A stretch of DNA of 64,000 nt from Camelus dromedarius (taxonomy: Eukaryota), in assembly GCF_036321535.1 (NCBI RefSeq), contig NC_087437.1, positions 90,646,001 to 90,710,000 on the forward strand. Reading direction: 5' to 3'. Position 1 is the first letter of the stretch; each line of letters opens with the position of its first letter. The notes under the pieces are model-generated. The model was not told the DNA's origin. It worked only from the letters and a program-made list of their open reading frames with translations, and did not search any database. Shown piece after piece: positions 38,889 to 51,714 of this stretch. The position numbers and the translations under genes are program-made.

Positions 38889-39954
38889 TTTATAATTCAT
38901 TTATGTAAAGCAAACCATGAAGTGCCCAGTATATTTAGATTTGTGAGCCAAATATATTATTGAACATAACCCCAGGGAAAGAACAAATGATCAAATACCT
39001 ACAGTTATATGTTGGTTTTCAGTTATAAATTCTAGTGACTTAATGCTCAGACTTGTTGGCTACCTTTTTGATTCATCTAATGATGTAAAATAGAGTAAGA
39101 AAGTCTTTGCTACTTCAATTTGTTAGACAATTTTTCAAATTCAAATTCTCTTTTCAAAGGGAAACGACATTGTAATTGAACACTAACTTTACTCATTATA
39201 CAAAAGCATGCTGTGGTGTCATTTCAAAACTTGCTTTTGATTTTCACACAGTTGGGAATTTATTAAGAAAAGGAGAAAAATGAGAGGTAAGAAGAACAGA
39301 GAAGCTAGATTTTGTGAGTAATAATTAGTCATTCATGTAATATACAGAAGTCAAAAGTACTTGTAGAAAAATTATAAAGATTATTTTGTCTCTGTTTATT
39401 TAGTTGCATTTATAAAAGAAGGTTTAAGTTACTAAGGTAAGTGAAAAATCATGAATGAAAGTTCCCAGCAAGATAATTCATAGAATCAATATCATGTCAT
39501 GTAGAAGTAAGTATCATTAGTACATTTTATGTGTAACATGATTCTCCACAAATTACAAAATAGCCTCTCACTTTCAGAGTTTTTGTTATTAATAACTATT
39601 TGATATTATTTTTAATGTAATAGCATTTAATGCTATTTATGTAATGCTATTTACTCAATGTATTAAAATGTCTTATTCATAATTTAAAAATGTAAATTTT
39701 CAAATAATGATGATGGTTACCTTGCTCATGTATTTATTCTTTAAGCACTTATATGCCTAGTATTGGACTAGGCACCAAGAAACTCTCAGTTTAGTGTTTT
39801 TTTATGTATATGTATATATAGATCTATAAATATTAATATGTGTATATATATGTTTATGTATATGCATCTATATCTGTATATGCATATCTATATATATATC
39901 TACAAACCTAAATCTACAAACCAAGCCTTACATATTATTTGGCTAGATGGTAGA

Positions 39955-40404
39955 TGTGGTAGATTGCATCGTTGGTTCTAAGCCTTTACTTCACACTCTT
40001 GACACAAATGAATGGTAAGCAGAAAGACTTTCTTGCCCTTTATCTCGGCTTAGCTATATGACTTGATTTTGGTCAACTAGATAGAAGACTAAACATAAGT
40101 GGAGGCTTGAAATGTGCATACATGTCTGAACTGTCCTGTTGAGCTCCTGACATCACCGTAAGAAAGATCACACTCCATGTCTGTTCCATCAACTTAGACC
40201 CTGGTATAAGACACATGGAACATAAATGAACTTGAGCTGTAGTGTTTAGTCAAGCTGACTAGGTCCAGTCAAGCCCTACCAAAATAAGCCAAATTCCACC
40301 TGACATCTGTATCTTTGGCTGAGAAAAAATAGACATTTGTTGTTGTAAGTCACTAAATATTTCTGTTTTTTATACGTATTTATTGTGAAAAGGGATTATA
40401 TACA
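39955..40404 (+). mobile_element. MaLR MLT1H/I-type LTR
   Basis: TG..CA ends; 'gaggcttgaaatgtgc', 'agacacatggaacata', 'ttgttgttgtaagtcactaa'. Confidence 0.75.
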
Positions 40405-40451
40405 GTTAGGGTATTGAAATTAAAAGAAAAACAGGAAAATCTTAGTATATA

Positions 40452-40595
40452 GCAAATATTCTCAACTGGTGAAATTCTTGCCCCAAAGAGGACATTTGGC
40501 AACATCTAAAGACATTTTTGCTCATCACAAATTGAGAGGTTAGCTATTGGCATCTAGCCCAGAATGTCAGTAGTGCCCAGGATGACCATCTTTGG
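40452..40595 (+). mobile_element. MER20 DNA transposon, internally deleted
   Basis: 'ttctcaactggtgaaattcttgccccaaagaggacatttggcaacatctaaagacatttttg...tggcatctag'. Confidence 0.8.
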
Positions 40596-41432
40596 TTTAT
40601 AAATCTGGATAAGGTATTGAAATAAATCAAATATGCAAGAAAAATGTTTAGTTTTAAAGTGCATGGATATGAATTATTGATCAAATGTGCACCAAAACCC
40701 CCAAGAAATTAGGCACTAAATTGTCATATATCACTTAGAATATTATGCCTTGGGATGCTTTCCAGATTCCAGTATTGTTTGTAATTCCAAACTACCTTGC
40801 ACATTGTTATCAGTCTAATCTTTTATAAGTAATAAAAGTATACACTTTTATAGATAATTTTTATAACTTTTAAAATCTTTCATATTTTGGCCAAGTTGAC
40901 TAGCTTTTAGAATTTCTGCTTCAAGAAACTCAGGCCCACTGTTTCACACAAATACTATCTTTGCATATAGTATTTCTTTTCATTGAATATTTACACATTT
41001 ATTCTCACACTGAATCTATTTTTTTAATGCTGGTTCAAGTTGAACTCTCTAGGCAAAGTAATTTATTTTCTTCAAAGGGAAGGCATAAAGCACATGTATA
41101 TGTGTGTATGTGTGTGTGTGCAAAGTAAGTGTATAAGAATATGTGTTAATATATGTATATAAGTGCATGTGACTTTATTTGGATGTTGGACCTGGTTTTA
41201 GGACTGCACTGAAGTACCCTTCCTTATTATTCTAATTTATTATTTGCTTCTCTCTGAATTTGGTACACATAAGAAAGAAAAACCTGGTACCTAAATATAT
41301 TAAAATCACAAACCCTGAATAGAAGAAATCTATTGACACCATATAATGATGTGTATATAAAGATTAAATGCAGCACTTTACAGAGTCAAATTTTGGAAAG
41401 ATAATTAGAATGATCTAAGCCTGTAATTAGTT

Positions 41433-41590
41433 TACTTTAAAACATATATATATATATATTATATATATATACACACACATACACACACACACACACACAT
41501 ATTTATAAAGTATATATATACTTTAAAACATATATGCTTTATATATATTTATGTGTGTATATATGTGTATATACACACACACATACATAT
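41433..41590. repeat. Compound TA/CA/TG microsatellite with an internal duplication
   Basis: Directly visible; see the corresponding finding. Confidence 0.9.
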
Positions 41591-41659
41591 AAACTAAGTA
41601 AAATGACATAGTTTTGATGGGGAGGGAGGCTTTAAGTTTGCATTTTGAGTCGAATTTCT

Positions 41660-41840
41660 TCTACCATAGCACTTATTGTAAGTGTATGTTTATTTACTTG
41701 TCCCTTTCCCCCTTGTGTATGATAACCTGTGGAACTACTGTGTATATGTGTGTTTATTCTAAGTATTTATATCCATAATAAGTCATAAAGCCTGGACAAC
41801 TGTAAGTGCACAGGTATGCTGTTGAATAAAAGAATGAATG
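41660..41840 (+). mobile_element. L2 3' end
   Basis: 'agcctggacaactgtaagtgcac...tgttgaataaaagaatgaatg' terminal motif. Confidence 0.65.
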
Positions 41841-42080
41841 CATGTTATAGCTATATTCTTATACTCCACGCTTTTAAACAAAATCTTTAAAAAAGATGCT
41901 TAGAAGGCAGTATGTTTAAATAAGGCATACAACTAATCAATATAATAATTTTATTAAGATGCACAGTGCAGATTTACATTTATCTATTTACTGCAGTGTC
42001 TTATAGAATGTCTTAAATGACTGCATGTGTACTTCTGCTTAGGCATTTACTGCATGGGACCACTGCAAGTCTTTGTAGGT

Positions 42081-42229
42081 TATCATCTCAAAAGACACAG
42101 CATTTCACAAAATTCAACATCCATTCATGATAAAACACTCATCAAAGTAGGTAAAGAGAGAACATATCTCAAAATAGTAATAGGCCATTTATGCCAAACC
42201 CACAGTTAACATTAAATTCAACAGTGAAA
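42081..42229 (+). mobile_element. Short L1 ORF2 RT fragment
   Basis: 'atcatctcaaaagacacagcatttcacaaaattcaacatccattcatgataaaacactc' is homologous to 27238-27400. Confidence 0.85.
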
Positions 42230-42236
42230 TGTATAT

Positions 42237-44660
42237 TAGGTCTTTTTCTTTCTTTTCTTCTTTTGCTTTCTTCTCTTGTGATTTGGTGACTCTCTTTAGT
42301 GCTATGTTAGAATTACTTTTTCTTTTTTGTTGTGTACATTATTATAGATTTTTGGTTTTCAATTACCATAAGGTTTTGGTATAACATTCTGTATATATAC
42401 ATGATTGGTTTTAAGTGCCCTGCATTTGTACTATCGTCCCCTTATGATTACTGGTTTTGATATCATATTTTACACTTGTTTTGTGTCCTCTTAAATGCTT
42501 ACAGTGGATACAGATGACTTTACTACCTTTGTCTTTTATCCTTCCTCCTAGATTGTGTGAGAATGATTTCTTACATTTACTGTATGTTGCCTTTACCACT
42601 GAGCTTTTCCATTTTGTAATTTTCTTGTTTTAAACTGTGGCCTTTTCTTTCCACCTAGAGAAGTTCCTTTAGCATTTGGTGTAAAGCTGGTTTGGAGATG
42701 TTGAGTTCTTTCAGCTTTGCTTATAAAGCTTTTGATTTCTCCATCAAATCCTTGCTGGATAGAGGATTCCTTGTTGCAGGTATTTCCCTTTCATCACTTT
42801 AAATGTATCCTGCCATTCCCTTCTGGCTTATAGAGTTTCTGCTGAAAAATTAGCTGACAGTCTAATGGGAATTCCCTGGTATGTTACTTGTTGCTTTTCC
42901 CTTGATGCTTCTCTATTTTTAATATTTAATATTTATAGTATGTCTTGGTGTGCTCCTCTTTGGATTAATCCTGTATGGGACTCTGTACTTCCTGGACTTG
43001 GGTGACTGTTTCCTTCCCCAGGTTAGGTAAGTTTTCAGTTATTACCTCTTCAAATATCTTCTTGGGCCCTTTCTCTCTTCTCCTTCTGGGACCCCTAAAA
43101 TGTGAATGTTGGTATGCTTTATATTGTCCCAGAAGTCCCTTAAACTGTCTTCATTTCTTTTCATTCTTTTTTTTTTCTGTTCTGTTGCAGTGATTTCCAC
43201 TACTCTGTCTCCCAGCTCACTTATTTGTTCTTCTGCCTCATTTAGTCTATTGTATTGTTTCCTTCTAGTATATTTTTCATTTCAGTTATTGTATTCTTCA
43301 TCTCTGTTCTTTTTTTTTTTTCTTATCTCTTTGAAAAAAAGCTTCTGTCTTCTCTCTCTGTTCATCCATTCTCTTCCTGAGACCTTTGATCAACCTCATG
43401 ATGATTACTCTGAACTCTTTTGCAGGTATATTGCCTATCTCCACATCACTTAGTTCTTCTTCTGGGATTTTATATTGCTCCTTTGTCTGGAAGGTATTCC
43501 TTTGCCACCTCATTTTGTTTAAATTTCTATTTGTATTTTTATGTATGTGGCAGGTTAGTTACGTTTCTCGACCTTGGAGAAGTGGCCCTCTGTAGGAGAC
43601 ATCCTATATATCCCAGCAGTGCACCCAGGGGCCTGTGGCCAGCTCGTCCCAAGGTAGACTCTGGCCTTTGTTTGTGGAGTTGTTTTTTCAGTTGCTAGAT
43701 CAAAGTTTTCCAGTTTCTGAGGTCTGTCCCCTGGTGAGTGAGGCTGGTCTAGAGGCTTATGCAGGCTTCCTAGCAGGAGGGGATGGTGCCTGTCCACTGG
43801 TGGGTGAAACTGGGTCTTAGCCCTCTGGTGGGCAGGGCTGTGTCTAGGGCCATGTCTAAAGGCAGCTATCAGATCAGAGATTCTTTAGGTAGTCTGTCTG
43901 CTGATGGGTAGGGATAACTCCCCACATAGTTAGCTGTTTGACCTGAGGCGTCCCAGCACTGGAGCCCAAAGGCTGTTGAATGGGGTCAAGTCTTGGTGCT
44001 AATGTCCAAACAAGATGTCAGCTTTGTGGAAGGAGAGTTCATTCAAATGAACACCCCCAAATGTCTGCCACTGTATCTATATTCCCAGGCTGAGCCACAG
44101 CTGCCCTATGCCTCCTGAGGAGAGCCCTCTCCCCCAGACTAGCAGGTAGGTCTGATCGGGGCTCCTATGAAATTACTGGTTTTGCCCTTGGTCTTATTGA
44201 GTGTGAGATTTTCTATGTGACCTTTAAGTACAAAGTCTCTGTTTCCCCCATTTCCATGGAGCTCCTGTAATTAAGTCCTGCTGGCCTTCAAAGCCCAACA
44301 CTGGAGGCTCCTCTTCCTAGTGCCAGACCCATGGGCTGGGGAGCCTGACGTGGGACTAAGAATTCTCACTTCTGTGGGAGAAACTCTGCAATACAGTTAT
44401 TCTCCAGTCTGTGGGTCACCCACAGTGGGGGTGCTAAGGGACCTGATTATATTGCAAGTCTTCTGCTCCTACTAGTCTCGTCATCATTTCTTCTTTAAGT
44501 TTTAGCTATAAAATATCTTTTCTGGTAGTTTCCAGTCTTTCTTTCTTTCTTTTTTTTTTTTTTTTAATCAATAGCTGTTCTGCAGTTAGTTGTGATCTTG
44601 GTGTGTCTGTAAGAGGAGTTGAGCTCCAGCTCTTTTTACTCTGCCATTTTGGCCACCAGT
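42237..44660 (-). mobile_element. L1 5' half (5' UTR, ORF1, inter-ORF spacer), no ORF2 or 3' end
   Basis: 5' end 'ggccaaaatggcagagtaaaaagagctggagctc' on the minus strand; ORF1 start MRWQRNTFQTKEQ (43513); ORF1 stop at 42655-42657. Confidence 0.9.
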
Positions 44661-44674
44661 CTGTGATAACTTTT

Positions 44675-44868
44675 TTTTTTTTTAACATTTTTTATTGATT
44701 TATAATCATTTTACAATGTTGTGTCAAATTCCAGTGTTCAGCACAATTTTTCAGTTATTCATGGACATATACACACTCATTGTCACATTTTTTTCTCTGT
44801 GAGTTATCATAACATTTTGTGTATATTTCCCTGTGCTATACAGTGTAGTCTATTCTACAATTTTGAAA
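44675..44868 (-). mobile_element. Young 5'-truncated L1 3' end
   Basis: Pure T tract; perfect 13-bp TSD tgtgataactttt (44662-44674, 44869-44881); TT/AAAA endonuclease site. Confidence 0.92.
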
Positions 44869-44905
44869 TGTGATAACTTTTAATGGAGTAAGTCTATTAA
44901 AAAAA

Positions 44906-44970
44906 AACTGAATTACTTGAAGCTAATATGATATTGTAAATCCACTATACTTCATTAAAAATAAATTAAA
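44906..44970 (+). mobile_element. Tiny L1 3' terminal fragment
   Basis: 'ttgtaaatccactatacttcattaaaaataaa' L1 tail; TSD-like aaaaaactg/aaaatactg. Confidence 0.65.
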
Positions 44971-45180
44971 ATACTGTAGGAACTCTCTAACATTTTAGCA
45001 TGAAGAATTCATCCTGAGAAGCATGGATTTTTATGTGTGTGATATCCAGATCATCTAGCCAGCATAGAGATTTTTTCCATGTCCCTAAATTATTCAATTT
45101 AATGGAATTTTTTCAAAAGCTCTTTTAACAAAAAATTAACTTGTGATGCTACAGGTAGCTTACCTAGTAACTTGAAAAAA

Positions 45181-45197
45181 ATATATATATATATTCA

Positions 45198-45247
<50 letters not shown>
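45181..45247. repeat. (TA)n microsatellite; perfect (TA)22 at 45204-45247
   Basis: Directly visible. Confidence 0.95.
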
Positions 45248-45250
<3 letters not shown>

Positions 45251-46964
45251 TTGGGGGTGTACCTTTTACTTTTTAAAAACAGAATTATTTTCTGGGCTAA
45301 CAAACTTTTATATCAAATTACACTAGATTTTTTAATGATAAAGTTTAGATACTGGCTTATATTCTCTAAGTTCTTAGATAACCCAAGCAAAAAAGTGAGG
45401 ATATCCAAGCTTATTATAATCAATAGAAGAATCAAGAGTTCCTCAAACCTGAGAAAATTCTATAGTTTAGAGGGAAATTGGGATGTCCAATAGAATACAG
45501 GAACAAACCAGATTTAAACTACTAAAAAGGTTTTGAATTAAAAATTAGTTGCTAAATTGGGTTTCAAATTGCTTGTTAGCGTAAAACTGCAATATATCTT
45601 AATATATCTTATCATGCAGTATATCATAACAATCCTTTAAAATTCAAATCAGCTGGATGAAACATTGCTTGTTTTATTCTAGAGATTAGTGGCAAACAGC
45701 ATTTGAAATAAAATCAACTTGCTTAGAATGTATGTACTCTATGTGTGTTTATCTGTATGTTTTTCCTACATATCTTCAAGAAAATGGAATTTAAAGATAC
45801 ATTGTTGGCAATGAGTGCCTACCTTATTACTCCCCAGCTACAATGGCCTAAGTCTTCAGAAGATTCTAAGAATTACAGAACTAAATTTCCTACCTTCAGA
45901 AAGGGGCCTTTAATACAAAAGATATGTTTGTAAAACTGCTTTCATTATCTACAAACATCATAAAGAAAAGTAACACTCTACATAAGCACAGAAATACATC
46001 ATCAGGAGTTAGAGGAAGAATGTATTTTCTATCCAACTTTAACTGATGAGAATAAATAACTAGGAAAAATGTTACAGAGAATAAAATACCAACAAAAGTC
46101 TCCAGAAGTGACATGGGGAAAAAAGGGGCTCATCATTCTAAATTCTGTTAGAGAGCACTAGAATAAATCAGGGGAATCACGCATTATGTGGTAACTTTTA
46201 CAATTTTATGCTTCTTTACACTTTTTATTAATTGAATGACAATTTCTATTTACTATGGAGCACTGGGAAATTCTGACAAACAGTGAAGTATTCTGCCTCT
46301 CAAAAGAGTACTTTCCTTAAAAATAAGTAGAAATAAAAATGAACAGCCTATTGCTAGGCTATTATATCCAGAAACAAAATTTTTAAAAAATATATTATTC
46401 TGAATATTTATTTTAATTTAGAATCATTAAAAATTGGTAAGTAGATTACAACTTCTGATCTGAGGAAGTGGCTGCTAGACATATATACTTATTGACAATC
46501 TGACCTAAACGGCAGCATGATAACATGAGCCAGTGCATAGAGTCAAAAAAGGATTTAAATAAATAACACATATTCTGGCAAGCAAATACAACTGTGGTGA
46601 CGTTTGTAACTATATCTTCTATTAAGCAGCATCCAGTTAGGGTAATAATGTATCTGGCTACAAGTGAACATTAGTAAACAATTTATACTCTATGTTTAAT
46701 TCCTAAACATTTTAATCTTTGCATACTTTTTGACTTGACATCATCATAGTTTTACAAAATATTATGTATTTTGAATTTTGGGCTATCAACCTGTGTTCTA
46801 TAAGAAAAAGTGAAAAAATCAGAATGGATTTAAAGTATCTCAGTATACTTATACCTTATGTTGCTATCAGAGGATTGACAACATACGATGTGGAGGATAA
46901 ATCTATCTTTTGTAAATTTGATTCCAAAATTAAAGTATTATTTAACTCTCAGGTTTTCTTAAAT

Positions 46965-47489
46965 TATTGGTGGGCAAACTAAGTCCAATGGGCCAGACCT
47001 GGTCTACTGCTTGTTTTTATGAAAAAAAGTCACTGGAAAACAGTCAAGTCATCTGTCATTACTTTTGCATACAATGACATAGCTGAGTACTTAAGTCAAT
47101 ATCTTAGTCTGTTCGGGCTGCCAAAAAAGATTGGGTTGCTACAGACTAGGTAGCTTATAAAAAAAAAGAAATTTATTCTCACAGTCCAAGACACTGGAAA
47201 TCTAACATCTAGGTGCCAGCCATGGTCAGATGAGGGACCTCTTCCAGGTCACTAACTTTTCCTTTATCTTCATGTGGTACAAGGGACTAGGAAGCACTCT
47301 ATGATCTCTTTTGTATTAACCAACTCCCAAAGTCCTCAACTCTTAATACTAATATACTGGGCATTGGGATTTAAACAAATGAATTTTAGGGGAAAACATT
47401 CAGACCTTTAGGAGGGATAGACCATATGGTCCACAGAGCAGAAAATATTTACTATCTGGCACATTGGAAAAAAAGTGTTTTGATCCCTG
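46965..47489 (+). mobile_element. MER58A-type hAT transposon, split by MLT1A
   Basis: 'gggcaaactaagtccaatgggccagacctgg' at the left and 'gaccatatggtccacagagcagaaaatatttactatctggc...tgatccctg' at the right. Confidence 0.8.
47100..47413 (-). mobile_element. MaLR MLT1A-type LTR
   Basis: 'tatcttagtctgttcgggctgc...gaaatttattctcacagt...aaatgaattttaggggaaaacattcagacc'. Confidence 0.85.
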
Positions 47490-50400
47490 CTCTAAAGCAT
47501 CAAAAGGCACAGCATTAGTTCTCTGATACCTGTTTTTTATTGTAGAAATTTATAATTACTTTTGAATATTACACTTTAGCAAATTGTGTTTTTTAGAATG
47601 TTGGAAGGTTATTTGAGATGTAGATTTTTCTACCTCGTCTACCAGGTCAACTTTTGCAACCAATATAAACATTTAGAAAATAAGTTCAATGAGAAAAAGT
47701 CAGTAAATAATGTTTGGAACAGAATAGAGTAGATACATAAGGATTATGAGTACAACCTATGGCCATGCAATCACATAATTACTCCATAGTTTCTAACGTC
47801 TAGTATGTTGACATTATCAATACTATTGAGCACCAGAGCTCACTGGTCAGTCCAATTTTCCTGGTAAGACAAAAAAGAAGTATGAGATAACCTAAATGTA
47901 ATCAATCCAGGTAGAAATGAACTCTTGCACTTTCTTTGAGTTATGAGGCCAGCAGATAACCTAATGAGGACTCTTATCCAATCAGTGGTCTTACTAATGA
48001 CTAATTTCTAGGTATTTTTCTTCTGAAATCTTTCTTAGAGGTACCCTGGATGTATTATGTTATGTTAGGAGCCATGCCACTCTGTATGCTCTACTCATAG
48101 CTGACCCACCTGGGTTATATCTCCTGAGACTGCTGTAGTTGTGTTTTCACAGCTTTTTTTTTGTATTTGTATTTCCTTTAGTCTTCTAGGTCAGAGTGAT
48201 TTATGCACAGCGTTGTTTCTCCTCTTGCTCCTGCTGTCATCTTCTGTCTTAATGGCACACTTATGAGGATGGATGCTATTATTAGTCTCACTTGCTTACA
48301 TTGTGTGGAGCCATTATAATCTCAATGGAAGAAGGAGAATAGAATGATTCAATTATAATGGCTTTAGTGGAAGAAGCTCATGTATCATAATGTTTCTTTA
48401 TTTTCTTTTATTTTTATCTTAACATTTGACTTTTAAAACTTTTAATCAAATTTGAAAAAAAGTAATGAAATTTTATTTTTGTAATTCTCAATGATTTTTG
48501 AAGTATGTAGTTCTTACATATATATACTTGCCATACAAAGAATATTAGAGTTTCTACCTTTAGGTCAGGATCCCAATCAGATACCCCAACCTTATATCCA
48601 TAATTACTTAAATGAATAAATCCAATCTGAAAATATGAATATTTTTATATAAAGAAGGCACTGAAAAATATGTGGCTCTTCATTATGATAAAATAATTTT
48701 ACAATGGGGTGTTCCTTAGAGTCCTCTTTTGAAAAAAAATTTCGTCAATATAAAATTTGTCTATTCCTTAAAAATTTAGGTGTACCACACTCTGGTCTCT
48801 TCATTACCTTAGGACTATCTTGAAATAGTCTGATTAAGCAGACATCTCTGAAAGTATTTATAAACTTTAGTTCCTCCCCAATTTTGAAATAGGTCCAGAT
48901 TTGACTGTAAGTGAAAGAGTTTCAATCCTACATTTTTAGCTTGTCAAGAAATTAACATGTTTAACTGCTGTCACACAGGACTCTGGGCCAGAGAGTTTTT
49001 TCAATTTATTCACACTATTATTTTTCCACTTGCAAAGATATGAGAGCAATGAAAATATTCCTGCAACAATCAAACTGTCAGTGTGATTTTCTGCTGATTA
49101 GCATAGGTTACCATTGACACCTTCATACCACCACTTCTAGATCTGAGTCGGCTTAGTAGCATAAAATTATTATAGTTGTTCCATTGCCACAAGAAGGTAT
49201 ACATTTTTTCCATTTGCCACAATGGCTCCACCTCAATACATGGAAGCTCAGTGTATCTAATTTTAAGGGATTGAGAAAAGACTCTATGTTTGCTTTAAGT
49301 AATTCATGGTCTTCCTTGTGCTACGGAGAGGCACTGGACAGCAAAGGCTAAACTGTTTTGCATAAATATTAAATTTCTGCTTTAACAAAATCTTTCTCTC
49401 AGTACCTTGTAGTAACTCAGTACACGTTAGCTAGACAAATTAAGAAACACTTAACTTTGTAGTGATAGCATCTTTAATGGCTTTTCATGGGGATTTTCTA
49501 AACAAATATATAAGGCCAATGAATTGAGTATCATAAATAGAAATATAATCTTCTTAGAACCACTAAAATTAATAATTCCTATGATAACTAACTCAAGAAT
49601 CCAAATTTTCTGAATGGTAATTCACAGGTTGAAATCATGACATTGGGTATTATCTATTTCACAGGCGATCATTAACCTGTGTCTTAAAAGTCAATCAACC
49701 TCCTTGTTGACTATACACAAAGTTAAACCAATCAATAGTCCTTAACAGTCCTAGTTCTTCTACAGATTGCCCTGGAGATTTTTCCAAGGAAATGGCTGAA
49801 AAAGAGTTTCTTAAAAAGACTTATTCTTATTTGCAACATTGCATAGTTCTCACTAGAGAAAAACATTTAAATATAGGTGATACAGTATTGTATGTTCTTG
49901 GCAAAAGTAAGCAATCCATAAATATTATCTATTTTGTTACTACTACTAACAGCATATTGTTACCACAAAAAAGACCACTTGAATAAAGATTTATATTAAA
50001 AAATAACCAGTGTTATATGCTTTGTGTAAGTTTTAAATTAGAATGAGAGAACAATTTCACATTACATCCTGACTGACAGATTTCCTTTTAAATGTTTCAG
50101 ATCAGGGAAAGGAGGTAAATCTAAAGATCTATGCTTTTAAATGCATATATTGTGTAAGGCATAATAATTGAATATAATCTCATTACTTTAATTTAAACTG
50201 TAAGGTAAAATTAAAACAATAATGTCTGCCTAAGTAAGAGTCAAAATGTGGTCATAATGCAAAGTGAGAAGAAATTTCTGGTCTTCTCCTGTTCATCTTT
50301 GTAACTCTCTCCTGACTCTTAGCATGTTCAGACCCAGCAATCAGTCTTGGCTCTCACTTCTGTGGGGAAATATTAAGCTCTCAGTGATAGATTGGGTTTG

Positions 50401-51714
50401 GGGTACAAATCTGAGCCCTACTTAAGAAAAAGGACCTAATGAAGCAAGTAAAAAAACTCAGAAGACACAGAATGAATATGGAAGCGCACCTATTCTGGCA
50501 GGGATGAGGAAATTCGGATCAGGGTATTTTCTATAGATTCTTAAACTCTATTTTGTAGGTTACTGTCACTGTGTATACTCAAAGTAACTCAGGTTAAAGT
50601 ATTGCTGATTTTAATCCTGGGCTCTTGAGTTTTTAAGCTGCCTTCATATGTAATTTTCATAGTCTAAGAAATACAATTAAATGTTTAACCTTTGATTGTA
50701 CTTCCTGTATGTAAACTAGATCTTGAAATTTAATCTTCTAATTTTATACATTTTTAATCCTATCTCTATTATAAAAATATGTAACAATACAAGATTTAAG
50801 AGATTTTTCATGAACTTTTTTTTTAACACTATAAAATTTTTATTTTCAAAGGAGATTTTATCCCTCACAGAATTGCATGTACCTTGTTAGCTTAAAGCAA
50901 TATTCACACTACAGTACAATGTTCAATAACTAATACCTTGGTATGGTCTTACAGCCCATGGAGTAGGTTTGGGTGAGGGAATAGAAGAAAATTGAAGAAA
51001 AACAGCACTATCTGAAAGGGATCTAGATATTTTGTAGTTCATCCTTCAATTGGGATGTCAAATAATTCAAATCACTACTAAGAAAACATAAACTGTAAGT
51101 GTACCACAGCCAGATGTTAGTTGTGGTAAACTCAATTTGTTGACAGGAAGGGGGTACAATATTCCACTCTGATGCTAAAGAAAATCATGTCTAGGATTCA
51201 TTTTTATTTCTTGTTAATCAATGAAATGATCTATGTGACCCATTAAATGATACATTTCACATAAGACTATGATTGTTTCTTCTTCCTACATGCGTCCCCT
51301 CTGTACTTGAATCTAAATAGTAGAAGCAGCAGGAGTCCAAGAAAACTGTAGTCAAGGATGTGCTTTAAGAAAAATCAATGTACTACTTTGACTGATCAGG
51401 TCAATCAAAACAGCTTGGAATACTGAAACATCCTAAAACAACTGCAGAGAGACTGGTGGTCTGGGGAGTATGATTGCCAAAACATGTGTTAACTGTTGTT
51501 AATTTTAGATTTCTTGCAAAGAAAGAGAAGAGAGAATTTGGCTACAGCTTTAACTCTCAATCACAAATTAAGATGTGGTATTTTAACCAGTAACTGAACT
51601 CAGAAGCCATTTGACCTTTTATAATCCACCATATTGCTCTTCCATTTGTACTCAGACTATGAAGCTCTTCGTGTTTAATGTTATTTTTCTTCATTTTAAT
51701 AGCTAAATTTCTTT

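Noticed and set aside
42237..44970. Hypothesis that the minus-strand L1 5' half and the plus-strand tail at 44906-44970 form one twin-primed insertion
   Set aside because: The tail appears to have its own TSD (aaaaaactg/aaaatactg), non-L1 sequence separates the parts, and the only shared outer flank is a 6-mer (tgtagg)
49766..49986. Acceptor-like ttcttctacag followed by an open frame (MAEKEFLKKT...)
   Set aside because: No recognisable homology, no convincing donor, and length within chance expectation
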